Shown piece by piece: positions 41,421 through 51,962 of a DNA stretch of 64,000 nucleotides. The translations under genes were made by a program, and so were the position numbers. The stretch's first letter is position 1. The number at the start of each line of letters is the position of its first letter. Under the pieces are notes generated by a model that was given only the letters and a program-made list of their open reading frames with translations, ran no database searches and was not told where the DNA came from. Location: the UHGV virus genome UHGV-0149901. The stretch is one strand, 5' to 3'. This DNA is from a virus.

Positions 41421-41893
41421 AGATGATCGCTGCTGTTGGCCGTAACTATGAGATCGGCATAGCGAATGAACTCCCCTGGCGTTGTTCTACCGATCTGAAG
41501 CTATTTAAGAGACTCACCAAAAACGCCACTGTCGTTATGGGGCGTAAAACGATGGAAAGTCTCAAACGCCCTCTTCCAGAGCGTCATAACCTCGTTTTGA
41601 CGCGCTCTCATGGCTTTGTACCAAATGGATTCTACCCTGCTGGTGTGGATGATGTGTTGCGATTACCAGAGCCTGTGTGGGTGATTGGCGGGGAACAAAT
41701 TTACTCGCTATTCATGCCGCATGTTGAAGAGATTTGGCTCTCCCACATCGGCGTTGATGTGCCAAACGCCGATGCATTCTTCCCGGCAAGCATGATGCGT
41801 AATTTAGGCTTTGTGCCTGTTGAAACAGCTTATACCCAACGAGCCAGCGAGGAAGAGCCTGGCTTTTCGCAGATCGTATACAGAAGGTCGTAA
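41417..41893 (+). CDS. folA: Dihydrofolate reductase
   Basis: 158 aa; MIAAVGRNYEIG ... WVIGGEQIY DHFR signature. Confidence 0.85.
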   Translation: MKMIAAVGRNYEIGIANELPWRCSTDLKLFKRLTKNATVVMGRKTMESLKRPLPERHNLVLTRSHGFVPNGFYPAGVDDVLRLPEPVWVIGGEQIYSLFMPHVEEIWLSHIGVDVPNADAFFPASMMRNLGFVPVETAYTQRASEEEPGFSQIVYRRS

Positions 41894-42537
41894 TGGATTA
41901 CCGGATTGGGATCACTGGTGCTCAGGGCAGTGGGAAAACAACCCTGGCTAAATATATCGACAAACATTACGGAATCCCTTACGTGGATGCTGGTGTCGGA
42001 AGTTTGATGAGCCGCCTCGGTGTTCGAGTAGGTGATTCTATGCCTCTATATGAGCGGCTTCAGATTCAAATGGAAATAGCAAAGCATATAGAGCTACTTA
42101 CGCGTGGTGTTGAAGGCTTTGTTATCGATCGCACACCTGCTGATGTTATGGCCTACACGTTGGATTTGGTCGGCCATACAAATGAAGATCGGTGTATTGA
42201 GTTAGCCCTCGATATCGAAAAGTTTTGCCACAAAACTGCTATTTCAAACTTTAACGCCATTGCTGGCCTACGCCCGGGGGTCGCTCTCTCAGAGCGAGAT
42301 TACTTGCGGTCACAACGAGCATCATTAGACCGTCTGTATGTCGCTCGTATTGATGCGTTGATGTGCGGGGAACTGACAAAAATTCACCTGCATCCGCAAA
42401 GGGGAGATCTGCAAACCTTCGTCGTTTCCAACCGGTATCGCACAGTTGAAGCAAGAGCCAGATCAGTGATGAGAATGCTAGATAACGCTGTAGAAAAGAT
42501 AGAAAACCGGTTCTGTGGCCGAGTGACCGTTCATTAG
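41893..42537 (+). CDS. P-loop NTPase, possible nucleotide kinase
   Basis: Walker A GITGAQGSGKTT at N-terminus; 214 aa. Confidence 0.55.
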   Translation: MDYRIGITGAQGSGKTTLAKYIDKHYGIPYVDAGVGSLMSRLGVRVGDSMPLYERLQIQMEIAKHIELLTRGVEGFVIDRTPADVMAYTLDLVGHTNEDRCIELALDIEKFCHKTAISNFNAIAGLRPGVALSERDYLRSQRASLDRLYVARIDALMCGELTKIHLHPQRGDLQTFVVSNRYRTVEARARSVMRMLDNAVEKIENRFCGRVTVH

Positions 42538-42598
42538 AAATTGTTCGCCTCTTCGACATTGCGACAATAAAACTCTCAAAATGGGTTAAGGATAAAAA

Positions 42599-43018
42599 AT
42601 GTTTAGTAAAATGTTGCTTGAAGATGAACTGGATCGGAAAACAACAGAGGCTTTGATTCGTGTAGCGGACGAACATTCCCGGTCGCTTATGAGCGATCGA
42701 GAGGCTCGTCTGGCTATTCGTGCCATATTCGAAACTGCGCAGGGGCTTGTTGGTACACAAGTGGGTGAAGCCATTAACATCGCCATGTCTCAGTTCAGTG
42801 AAGGCAGTAAAAAGCCTCTGTTTCCTATGCATTTGATGCTGGCTGGTGGCACGGTGCTTTATATCTCTGTTTGTCTGGATAGCAACCAAATCAATATTCT
42901 CAACACTGTGTCAGGTAAGTGGAAAGATCCGATTGTCTGTGAAACCAGTGAAGAAACTTTGAAAAAAGCGGCTCAATTTGTACGTAGCGCACTACTTAAG
43001 GGCGCTAAGAAGTTGTAA
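42599..43018 (+). CDS. Hypothetical protein
   Basis: 139 aa ORF. Confidence 0.5.
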   Translation: MFSKMLLEDELDRKTTEALIRVADEHSRSLMSDREARLAIRAIFETAQGLVGTQVGEAINIAMSQFSEGSKKPLFPMHLMLAGGTVLYISVCLDSNQINILNTVSGKWKDPIVCETSEETLKKAAQFVRSALLKGAKKL

Positions 43019-43027
43019 GGAGTTCTG

Positions 43028-43585
43028 ATGACAACGATTGTTGCAGGCATCGATATCGAGTCTACGGGACTGGATTTCCTTGCTGGTCATAAAATTATTG
43101 AAATCGCAATTACCCGCTATGAACTGGAGACACAGAGACATATTGATAGTCTGGAGATGCGTTTTAACCCTCGCAGAAACATAGATCCGAAAGCTCAAGC
43201 CGTTCATGGCATTTCATTGGAACAGCTCGCAGCTGAACCTTTGTTGTCAAATCATGCCAGCGAAATTGGCGCTTATATGGGGGCATGTAGTGTGTGGGTT
43301 GCTCATAACGGCGAAGCATTTGATATACCATTTATTCGACACGAGTTTTCAGGGTATGGAGTAAGACTGCCAGAAGTTCCTGTTATAGATACTATGTTAT
43401 CGGGATTGTGGGCCACAGAAGACGGTAAACGTCCCCGCCTTGAAGAGTTGGCCTTCTCTCTTGGCTTTATATACGATCATGCCAAAGCACATAGTGCCTT
43501 ATATGACACAAACTTAATGATGCAATGCTTCTTTAAGGCACGTAATAAGTACGGATTTTTTAAATTACCCTCTGAAATTGTGTAA
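43028..43585 (+). CDS. DnaQ-like 3'-5' exonuclease (DEDDh)
   Basis: Exo I GIDIESTG, Exo II HNGEAFD, Exo III HSALYD. Confidence 0.7.
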   Translation: MTTIVAGIDIESTGLDFLAGHKIIEIAITRYELETQRHIDSLEMRFNPRRNIDPKAQAVHGISLEQLAAEPLLSNHASEIGAYMGACSVWVAHNGEAFDIPFIRHEFSGYGVRLPEVPVIDTMLSGLWATEDGKRPRLEELAFSLGFIYDHAKAHSALYDTNLMMQCFFKARNKYGFFKLPSEIV

Positions 43586-43743
43586 AACAAAAGCCTACTT
43601 TAAAAAGTTTAAAGTAGGCTTTCTTTTAAAGAACAGTCGCCTTTCAATCATTTCCTGCCTGTATTTAATACTTTTCCGCCTGATAGGTTTAGTCAAAATG
43701 TAGCCATCGAAACGCAAATGTAACCAAACAGAAGGAGACTTAC

Positions 43744-44553
43744 ATGAGTTCGGTTGAAAATGTAATGACAAATGATGATCTGGACGAGCTGGCAGCCATG
43801 TTGCAATCACTTGATGAACCAGTAAAAAAAGCTGCGCAGGTTGAAAATACTGATGATATTGACGATCTGCTGCTCGGCCTAGATGCTGGCGTAGCCATGA
43901 GTTCTGATGATGTTGCCGAAGAACTGTTCAATGAAGAAAAAGCAGGTGATTTCAGCTCAGCTTTAAATGAGTTGGAGTTAGCGCATGAGCCTATAAACGT
44001 AATTAACGCTGAAAGTGGTGAAGCTGCCGAAAACGAACCAGAACAGTTGGGGATCATCGAGGTTGAAGGGTGTGTTGAGATTAATGATGAATTAAAAGTT
44101 CAACAGTCAAATGATAGCAACACAAATAAAAAAGCGCGTACTGCAAGAGGTCCTCGTTTTGCTCTAAGTGATAAAGATGATGCGTTTTTCAATAAAGCGG
44201 GTTTAGAGAAAGATATTTTTTTAGACGCTTACGATAACGCGCCTGTCAAAGCAAAGGATAAGATATTAAACCTTCTTAATTGGTTTAGCGGAGGTCCAGA
44301 TATTAGTGTTTACACGGTAATTTCCATGAGACACCTTCTCACAGAAAAGAAGGCTACAAGTAATAGTATTAAGATTGCTTTAATGAGCAATCCAGAAAAA
44401 CCGTATCCGCTTAACACTGCGTCAACTCAGGCTGGGCAAATGATGGCTGTATTTCCAGCGACAGGAATTGCCGTTAGAGACGGTGGAAATCTAACATTGA
44501 ACGAAGAATCACCGATCGTTAAGAAGTTTGTCGCGGAGTACACTATTGGATGA
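43744..44553 (+). CDS. Hypothetical acidic protein
   Basis: 269 aa ORF, acidic N-terminal half. Confidence 0.5.
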   Translation: MSSVENVMTNDDLDELAAMLQSLDEPVKKAAQVENTDDIDDLLLGLDAGVAMSSDDVAEELFNEEKAGDFSSALNELELAHEPINVINAESGEAAENEPEQLGIIEVEGCVEINDELKVQQSNDSNTNKKARTARGPRFALSDKDDAFFNKAGLEKDIFLDAYDNAPVKAKDKILNLLNWFSGGPDISVYTVISMRHLLTEKKATSNSIKIALMSNPEKPYPLNTASTQAGQMMAVFPATGIAVRDGGNLTLNEESPIVKKFVAEYTIG

Positions 44554-44736
44554 CGTTCCCCTACTGAAAATAAAGCCCATAGAGAGCTTTATAGTGCTGG
44601 GTAAGCCAATCACATACCCAGCACCACAAAAACGCGCCAGAGAGCTTCTCGTTTGCATTTCTGGCGCGTTTTATTTGATTGCCAGACATAAAATCAAATG
44701 CAAAAATAGGTATTTACTTACCTATCGAGAAAGAAG

Positions 44737-45330
44737 ATGATTGCAGCCGAAAAAATCAAACAGCGAAAGCGCGACAACTCTCTTCGTGACCTCTGGAGAA
44801 CACCTGACTGGCTGTTTTCTGCCATTCAACGTTATCTTGGAGTGACATTTGATGTTGACGTTGCCTGCAACAAGGACAATGCAAAGCTGCCTAATTTCAT
44901 AGGCGTTGAGCGTGATGCTTTGAAATCTGAATGGGGACAGCCAGGTACAATTGCCTTCCTCAATCCACCCTACTCCAAAATCTCCCCCTGGATTGATGCG
45001 GCTATACGTGAGCAGGCTCGCGGAGTTACAACAGTGATGCTAATTCCTCAATCCCTAGATACAAAGTGGTATGAGCGTGCAACAGAGTGTGCGAATGAGA
45101 CGATTATTCTGTCTGGTGGCCGCGTAGCGTTTGTCGAGCCTGACGTCAATCTGGGTCAGGTAGAAGTAAACATCAACCCAGGTGGCAGTATGCTCGTTGT
45201 TTTTCGAGGATTCTGTCAGGACGCTGGGCACTCTATAAGCAAGATCCCTTTGGACGTCATGAAAAGTCTGGGAGGGTATGATCCTGCGAATGTGATCAGG
45301 AAAAAAAGACCATCAAAGAAGGCTGCTTAG
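44737..45330 (+). CDS. Orphan DNA N6-adenine methyltransferase (phage Dam-like)
   Basis: Catalytic NPPY motif; no adjacent restriction endonuclease. Confidence 0.65.
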   Translation: MIAAEKIKQRKRDNSLRDLWRTPDWLFSAIQRYLGVTFDVDVACNKDNAKLPNFIGVERDALKSEWGQPGTIAFLNPPYSKISPWIDAAIREQARGVTTVMLIPQSLDTKWYERATECANETIILSGGRVAFVEPDVNLGQVEVNINPGGSMLVVFRGFCQDAGHSISKIPLDVMKSLGGYDPANVIRKKRPSKKAA

Positions 45331-45515
45331 TTTGTTCTGGCGTCTGTAATTAGCCTGCTTCTGTATATATAAATAACTACATATTAATTATTAATATACG
45401 GAAGCAGGCTGTTTTGTATCAGAGACTCCAGACCTGAACATCACTACAGAATCCACTAGAACCCCTTCCCAGACGCTTTAAAATCGATTTTATGAACCAC
45501 TTTAAGGAAACCAAC

Positions 45516-45743
45516 ATGTCATACCCGACTAATGTCGTTGCGCTCGTAGAGAGCGATTTTCTGGCCCAGGCTCGTGAAATGATGAAAGATCGTGAGCAGG
45601 CTTTCAACTTGTACGAATGGGCAATTAAGTGCTTGCATCTTGGCGAGCATCGCGAACTTGTTGAACAGCTTTTAGGTGAGTTGATCAATGAGGTGTTTGC
45701 CTTGAATGTTCAACTACATGGTAGAGAAAATAATCAATCATAA
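45516..45743 (+). CDS. Hypothetical small protein
   Basis: 75 aa from MSYPTN with AAGGAAA RBS. Confidence 0.4.
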   Translation: MSYPTNVVALVESDFLAQAREMMKDREQAFNLYEWAIKCLHLGEHRELVEQLLGELINEVFALNVQLHGRENNQS

Positions 45744-46331
45744 TGATAGATAAGTACAAACTATTCATAAAGTGAATTGTAAGTGCTAAGATCTGATAGT
45801 TTCCAGTCGTAGACTGGAGACTCGACCTGATGGGTGGGGGTAAGCGTCACTGGCGTCAGGTTTAAAAAAAGCTCACTACCAGCGTAGAACTGGTGCCGTT
45901 TAGGTGTCGGGGAAGGGGGAACCAAAGTGAGCGGAGACAAGGGTCACTTTATGATTGTCGAGTCTGGGGTGTTTCGAGAGGTTGAATCCAGTACTCCCCT
46001 TCATAAAGTGTGGGAAGATCTCGGTTCTGGGGTGCTGTCATCCATAACTTCCCAAGTCTAAGCTGGCAGTAGACTTAGACCATAACTTTTCAGGTTATGA
46101 AACGACCAGGTTGGTGAGGGATTTTTATACTCACCTCCCTGGGAGAGTATTACCTGAAAAGACAACCTCTCACTTCGTTCGAGGTGAACTTCACTCACTT
46201 CGTTCGTTCAGTTCAGGTTTATAAAAACCTGTTCTGGGAAGTAATTTGTTTATTTTAATAATTATTAACACGCACGCGTGTGCGCACGCGCGAGGAAAAA
46301 AATCGGCGCGGCGCTTGATTCAGGAGTTTAT

Positions 46332-46922
46332 ATGACGACGAAGACACCAGCCCGATCGCAAGAAAAAACTCGCAAAAAAGCCAAAAACAAAAATTCTCCC
46401 CGCACCAATTCCACAACGCCTGTCGTAGAGTTCAATCCCCAGCTTAAAACCGTGAAAATCTTCAGTGATGGCTCTTGCCTTAAAAATCCGGGTGGCCCGG
46501 GCGGTTACGGTATAGTTCTCCAGTATCGTGGTGAGGAACGCGAGTTCTCAGATGGTTTTCATAGCACCACCAATAACCGCATGGAGATGATGGGGGCACT
46601 TATCGGGCTGGAGCGTTTGAAATATCCATGCAACGTTATTTTGCACTCTGATAGCCAGTATCTGAAAAACGGCATGACACAGTGGATGAAATGGTGGAAA
46701 CGCAATGGATGGATGACTTCTGACAAAAAACCGGTAAAGAATGTTGATCTGTGGAAGCGTCTGGATGAGGCCGCAAGTCGACATAATGTTCGCTGGAAGT
46801 GGGTTAAAGGTCACGCCGGGCATCGTGAAAATGAAATATGTGATCGACTCGCGAAGATCGCAGCTTTTTCCGCAGCAGATATGCCTCACAAGAAAGATAT
46901 TGGTTTTGTTTACAACAAGTAG
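46332..46922 (+). CDS. rnhA: Ribonuclease HI
   Basis: [15 protein letters not shown], [12 protein letters not shown] blocks; start set at MTTKT after AGGAG. Confidence 0.8.
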   Translation: MTTKTPARSQEKTRKKAKNKNSPRTNSTTPVVEFNPQLKTVKIFSDGSCLKNPGGPGGYGIVLQYRGEEREFSDGFHSTTNNRMEMMGALIGLERLKYPCNVILHSDSQYLKNGMTQWMKWWKRNGWMTSDKKPVKNVDLWKRLDEAASRHNVRWKWVKGHAGHRENEICDRLAKIAAFSAADMPHKKDIGFVYNK

Positions 46923-47070
46923 TAAGTAAGTGTTTACCTATCATTTTAAATCATGTATCTTATCGGCGTCAGGATGACAATGTGTCGGTAAGACACAGTT
47001 CCAGGATGGAACGAGAAAGGCGGCTGGCAATCGCCAGCCGCAACTCTTTCTGACACTGGATGGAGTCCAC

Positions 47071-47565
47071 ATGGCACGTCAAACCTATTTCACTTCTGCA
47101 ACTAAACGTCCTCGTTCACTACGTCAAATTTTGGCCGAATTATTTAGCGGTCGTGTTCTGTCACGTCTTGATGAACTAGAGACTGCCGTTCGGTTGCTGA
47201 ATGAACGTTTAGATAAGCAAGCGTCAGTTGTTGCGAACGTGGGGGCGATTGTTACCTCTGGTTCTTCACGCGAAGCGAAAAGTACACGGCCTTTAGTGAA
47301 GGAGAAAAACAACAAGGACAGTTCGAATGGAAAATTTTCAAAGAAAGAGGCTGAAACCAATGGCCTACGTTCTCATTATAGTTTCACTGGCGACGGTAGC
47401 CGTTCCAGCCGGCCAGAGCCTTTTGATGCCGGGTTCATCCATCACCACACCTCCGTCGACGACAATTACCACCACTCCAGTAGAGCGTCCTGTCACTCTG
47501 GATGGGATGACGGTGGATGCGATACCTCAAGTTCATCCAGTTACTCAGGATCATGCTGTGACTAA
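47071..47565 (+). CDS. Hypothetical protein (frame ambiguity with 47327..47578)
   Basis: 164 aa ORF; second half low-complexity and overlapped by alternative-frame ORF. Confidence 0.35.
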   Translation: MARQTYFTSATKRPRSLRQILAELFSGRVLSRLDELETAVRLLNERLDKQASVVANVGAIVTSGSSREAKSTRPLVKEKNNKDSSNGKFSKKEAETNGLRSHYSFTGDGSRSSRPEPFDAGFIHHHTSVDDNYHHSSRASCHSGWDDGGCDTSSSSSYSGSCCD

Positions 47566-47574
47566 GGCGGTTGT

Positions 47575-47772
47575 ATGAACTGGTTTTCAAATCACTTTGG
47601 AAAAACTTGGCTGGCGATTCTGGCTTTCATAGCTCTCATGGCCGCCGGTTGGGTATCGAACATTGTAAAACTCGTTTGCTCTGGTGATCTCCAGTTTCAG
47701 GCTGGTATGACCTTGGCTCGTGTTGTTGGGATTTTTGTTTTTCCAGTCGGTTCGGTACTTGGTTATTTCTGA
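47575..47772 (+). CDS. Small membrane protein
   Basis: 65 aa with two hydrophobic helices. Confidence 0.4.
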   Translation: MNWFSNHFGKTWLAILAFIALMAAGWVSNIVKLVCSGDLQFQAGMTLARVVGIFVFPVGSVLGYF

Positions 47773-47865
47773 CGGTTGTTAGTGCATATGCATTGACCGT
47801 CTTTTCGTAAGCAATTCATGTAACTAGAAAACAACTTGTTTTAACAAATAACAAAAGGAAAGCAC

Positions 47866-48291
47866 ATGTTAGGTTTATTCAAAAAGAAAACTCGTAAAGC
47901 TGTTATCGAGGTCAAAAAAATGGAGAACCGAGATGCGGTTGAAGCCACCGTGTGGGGCGCGTACATGATCTCCTATGCCGATGGCACATGCGACGCAAAG
48001 GAAATTTCCATTCTTGAGAAAACAATTGCAGCTCTGCCTGCGTTTTCTCCGTTTGCTGGTGAGATTGCCCAAATGAGCGCCAATATCCGTGCTCAATACG
48101 AAGCCTCACCGCGCCGCGCTAATGCCCAGGCTTTACGTGAGCTGGCTGATGTGGCCGGGACTAATGATGCAGTAGATGTACTGTGTCTGTGCCTTGATAT
48201 TGCCGACCAAGACGGTATTGGCGAACAAGAAGAGCTGGCCCTGAAAAAGATCGCACAGGCGCTTCAGTTGTCACTGGATGCTTATCTCTAA
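47866..48291 (+). CDS. TerB-like domain protein
   Basis: Paired acidic helical motifs typical of TerB/DjlA-N fold (CDAKEISILEK ... DQDGIGEQEELALKKIAQAL). Confidence 0.55.
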   Translation: MLGLFKKKTRKAVIEVKKMENRDAVEATVWGAYMISYADGTCDAKEISILEKTIAALPAFSPFAGEIAQMSANIRAQYEASPRRANAQALRELADVAGTNDAVDVLCLCLDIADQDGIGEQEELALKKIAQALQLSLDAYL

Positions 48292-48449
48292 TGCTTGAGA
48301 GATTCCGGCTTGTGACCGTCATTGCTCTTCTGGTGATGGCGGTGTTGGTGGATTTTACGGGAAAGATGATGTCTGTCATTTCTGATGGCGTCCTCATTGG
48401 TCTGGCGATCTACTTCGCTTATCCGCTAGTCCGTAAAGCAACGTGTTAA
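48291..48449 (+). CDS. Small membrane protein (52 aa, not in ORF track)
   Basis: TAATG overlap with upstream stop; hydrophobic. Confidence 0.35.
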   Translation: MLERFRLVTVIALLVMAVLVDFTGKMMSVISDGVLIGLAIYFAYPLVRKATC

Positions 48450-48588
48450 TGACAAGGGCCAAATGGCCCTTGTGTTTCGTTGACCGAAATAGAGAGTTTG
48501 CACCTTTACGTTTAGCTTGCTCCCCTTTTATGCCACATCACAATAAAGCCAATAAGAAAACAACTTGTTTAAGCATTAGGAAAAACAC

Positions 48589-49158
48589 ATGTGCAAGAAA
48601 TGCAAAGCGATAGCTGATGAACAAAACGCCTTATTCGAAGAAATGGATGCTAATGAACTGGTCAAAATGTTAGCCATTCTTCGAGGAATAGAAGACGTTT
48701 CCATATTTGAGAGAGTGGTTACAGCACTTAATTTTGAGTCCACCTTTGAAGAGCCAACTCAGGTTGTAGCTTTAGCACATCATTTCGGTGTTCATTATCT
48801 TGCTGAAAAAGAGCGCGCTGATAAGTTGCAGGCGACTTTGGATATGGTGAGCGAGACTCAACGAACTGATGACACTAACAAGAGTGAGGCGATTATTGCC
48901 AGCAAAGATCGTGAAATTGCTGGGCTTAAATCCTCTCTAACGATGTTGATGTCTGCGTTCAATCTTATGTCTTCTCAGGCGGGTTATAAAATGCCATCAC
49001 TAAACAGCGATGATCCGATGGCCGTTCGTCAGCTTTTGGGAGCAATGGCCGACCAACTCGACGACACAAAGAGTCGGCTTGAAGACATGATGCGTGAGTT
49101 AAGCCATCGACATAACCTCGCAACACAGCCACACAAAGCCTTTCAAAGCTCTAATTGA
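48589..49158 (+). CDS. Hypothetical coiled-coil protein
   Basis: 189 aa ORF. Confidence 0.5.
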   Translation: MCKKCKAIADEQNALFEEMDANELVKMLAILRGIEDVSIFERVVTALNFESTFEEPTQVVALAHHFGVHYLAEKERADKLQATLDMVSETQRTDDTNKSEAIIASKDREIAGLKSSLTMLMSAFNLMSSQAGYKMPSLNSDDPMAVRQLLGAMADQLDDTKSRLEDMMRELSHRHNLATQPHKAFQSSN

Positions 49159-49213
49159 TCTGATATGGCCGCATGATCGGCCATATTGTGTTGATAAAAA
49201 ACAAGGATGAAAA

Positions 49214-49495
49214 ATGGCATACGGTACAGGGATTTACAACAATAAAGGAATTAACGTTACTGGCTTCCTTACTCCTATTTTTTTTCTTGATCGATTTACT
49301 GCGTCATCAGGCTCTAAGACGTACTCCAATCCGCCACCGGGTAAATCGCTACATGCCGTGTGGTCATTGATGCCTCTTAACAACGACAACTACATTAATT
49401 TACCTGTTCCAACAGTTACTATTAATGGAAATACGGTTAGTTGGTCAAATTTATATACGGGGCTTGGTTCTTACATATACACATACTGGGGATAA
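49214..49495 (+). CDS. Hypothetical protein, AT-rich
   Basis: 93 aa ORF, Asn/Tyr/Gly-rich, lower GC than flanks. Confidence 0.45.
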   Translation: MAYGTGIYNNKGINVTGFLTPIFFLDRFTASSGSKTYSNPPPGKSLHAVWSLMPLNNDNYINLPVPTVTINGNTVSWSNLYTGLGSYIYTYWG

Positions 49496-49497
49496 TT

Positions 49498-50112
49498 ATG
49501 TTCGGGATGTCAATTACTCAATCAGATGGAAGTTTGTGGATGAGTCCAGAATTTACTCCGCAAAATCTGATTAATAAAGGGACAATGTCTACATCTAAAG
49601 GTTCTGTTTTTCAAACATCAATCCCATCAAACAAATCATGCTTTTTCTTCATAAAAAGCAGTAATAAGGCGAACATGATGTTTATTCATGAGCATAGTAA
49701 CGGATACAATGCTCTCAGATTGCATCAGGTAAATGGTAGCCCCGGAACAATAACAGTTTATGCTTTTTCTGATATGGTGTTACCACATTCTGGCTATGGC
49801 ATTGCCATGTATAACAGCGCAGGCGCAATGGTGTATCACGGTGAGATGATGCCCCTTGATGCGAAACTTATCACTATTTCGGACCCTCAATTTACCATAG
49901 ATGTGGGGTATCCGTGTGCGGTAATGCCTGCTATGGTTGGGGTTTATAACTATAGACGAACCGATTACGACAGACCTGTCTATGTAACTATGACCGGTGC
50001 AACTGGAAACCAAGTATATAACGGTCAATGGTATTCCGGTAATGTCACATGGGATATTAAGAAGATTTATACAAACAAAATCCTGGTTATAAATACCTCA
50101 AAGTATGATTAG
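49498..50112 (+). CDS. Hypothetical protein, AT-rich
   Basis: 204 aa from MFGMSITQ after GGGGA RBS. Confidence 0.5.
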   Translation: MFGMSITQSDGSLWMSPEFTPQNLINKGTMSTSKGSVFQTSIPSNKSCFFFIKSSNKANMMFIHEHSNGYNALRLHQVNGSPGTITVYAFSDMVLPHSGYGIAMYNSAGAMVYHGEMMPLDAKLITISDPQFTIDVGYPCAVMPAMVGVYNYRRTDYDRPVYVTMTGATGNQVYNGQWYSGNVTWDIKKIYTNKILVINTSKYD

Positions 50113-50215
50113 CAAATACCTTTATTTAAAGGATTGCCTGTTAATTTCTATTTAGCACCTTTTCATTTTTGAAATAATTGCACCATTAAACAAATCTTTT
50201 CTTAATGGTGCAATT

Positions 50216-51901
50216 ATGAATACAGCTCTTTCCATCATCGACGATGCCAACTCAAACACTGCTATCGATTATCGTCAGGAAATGAACGTCATCCACGAAA
50301 TTGTGGCCGAGTGCGAGAAGGAGATCGCCTTCATGTATCAGGTTCACGACTTCGTTTATGGAGACGAACGCCACAACATGATTAATCGCCTGCTGCAACT
50401 GAACCACCGACCAGATGAAGAACGCTCACGTTTGAATCGAGCTTGGCTGGATAAAGTCGATCTGGAATGGGTGAAACAGAATATTTGGGCCGAGTACTGG
50501 AGGAAGGTCACGGATATGACTAACGTTCTGCTGATCATGCCAGCTTCCCGTCGCGACGAGTGGCGTGAGCAGTTTATCGAGGGTAAGCAGGAAGTCATCA
50601 AAACTGACAGAACCGGCTATCAGATGAAGGTAAAAGAGTTCGTTGGTGTACCGGAGTTCAAAGCAGAAACGGTCATACCCACGATGCTTAATTTGCTGAA
50701 TGACAGGCACAAATATCTCTCTGAGCGCGTGTATGGCTTGTTTAAGGCGCTGAGTCCTGCGCACAAGACAAATAAGACAAACGGTTTCAGCGAACGTCTG
50801 ATAATCGCTGACTGCATTTCTGATTTCTGGCGGGACAGCGTTAGTGTGAACTATCGCAAAGAGGACTATATCGACGATCTGCGTGTCTTGCTTCATTTCT
50901 TCGCGCACAAAGAATTTATTACCATCAACCGCACTGCTGAGGTGCTATCAGCTGCGTATCGGGCAAACGACTGCCAGACCGGTGACTGGATGAACGTCGA
51001 TGGAAATCTGATGCGCGTGAAGATGTTCAAGAACGGCAACGTTCACTTTGAAATACATCCTGACGTGGCCTGGAAGTTGAATGAGGTGCTGGCTTACAGT
51101 ATGCCTGCTGCAATCCCCGCGCCATGTCGCACCGCGCCAAAAACACGGGCACCAAAGCAGTTCGGGTTAATCCAGAAGACGATCTCCGTGCCGGTTCGCA
51201 CTGCGCTTCGTGACGGGCGATTGAGCAAAGACAAAGGCGTATGGTACTTCTCTGATTCAGCTCTCCAGAAGTCGCAGGTGGAAGAGCTTGAGCGCACACT
51301 GAGCTTCATTGGCGGCGTGCAGGAGAAAAAGCACTGGCAGTTCCCGTATGACATCGTCCATACGCTAAATACGATTGTGGCTACCGGTTTAATACCGGAT
51401 ACAAAATCACACCAGTTCTACCCTACCCCACGCTTGATTGCTGAGTACGTTGCCAGAGCCACTGAATTGAAGCCTGGTGAGAAGCTGCTGGAGCCTCAAG
51501 CCGGACGTGGGGATCTTCTGGCCTATATTAACGCCGATCTGGAAGATGTTACCTGCATAGAAATCGCACCTCTCTTCGCTGATATCCTGCGTGGAAAAGG
51601 GTATACGAACACGATTTGCTGCGACTTCATAAAGTGGTCTGAGGACAACGTAGGTTATCAGTTCGACAAAATCGTTATGAACCCGCCGTATTCGCTTGGT
51701 CGTCATAGAGAGCACACGCTGGCTGCGCTGGGGCATCTGAAAGTCGGCGGGCGTCTTGTAGCAGTATTGCCGGGCACTGCGCCAATACTGGACTGGATGA
51801 CGATGGATAATTACGTTTATGCCAGAGGGAAGTCGTTTACCAACGAGTTTGAAGACACAGGGATCACAGTCAGCGTATACGTTTTCAAACGCGTTAAATG
51901 A
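50216..51901 (+). CDS. DNA N6-adenine methyltransferase with large N-terminal domain of unknown function
   Basis: C-terminal motif I LEPQAGRGDL and motif IV NPPY; about 380 aa uncharacterised N-terminus. Confidence 0.65.
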   Translation: MNTALSIIDDANSNTAIDYRQEMNVIHEIVAECEKEIAFMYQVHDFVYGDERHNMINRLLQLNHRPDEERSRLNRAWLDKVDLEWVKQNIWAEYWRKVTDMTNVLLIMPASRRDEWREQFIEGKQEVIKTDRTGYQMKVKEFVGVPEFKAETVIPTMLNLLNDRHKYLSERVYGLFKALSPAHKTNKTNGFSERLIIADCISDFWRDSVSVNYRKEDYIDDLRVLLHFFAHKEFITINRTAEVLSAAYRANDCQTGDWMNVDGNLMRVKMFKNGNVHFEIHPDVAWKLNEVLAYSMPAAIPAPCRTAPKTRAPKQFGLIQKTISVPVRTALRDGRLSKDKGVWYFSDSALQKSQVEELERTLSFIGGVQEKKHWQFPYDIVHTLNTIVATGLIPDTKSHQFYPTPRLIAEYVARATELKPGEKLLEPQAGRGDLLAYINADLEDVTCIEIAPLFADILRGKGYTNTICCDFIKWSEDNVGYQFDKIVMNPPYSLGRHREHTLAALGHLKVGGRLVAVLPGTAPILDWMTMDNYVYARGKSFTNEFEDTGITVSVYVFKRVK

Positions 51902-51962
51902 TAGGTAAATACTTACCTAATTTGTGTAAGAATGTAGTTACTAAACGATAAGAGAAAAACAC

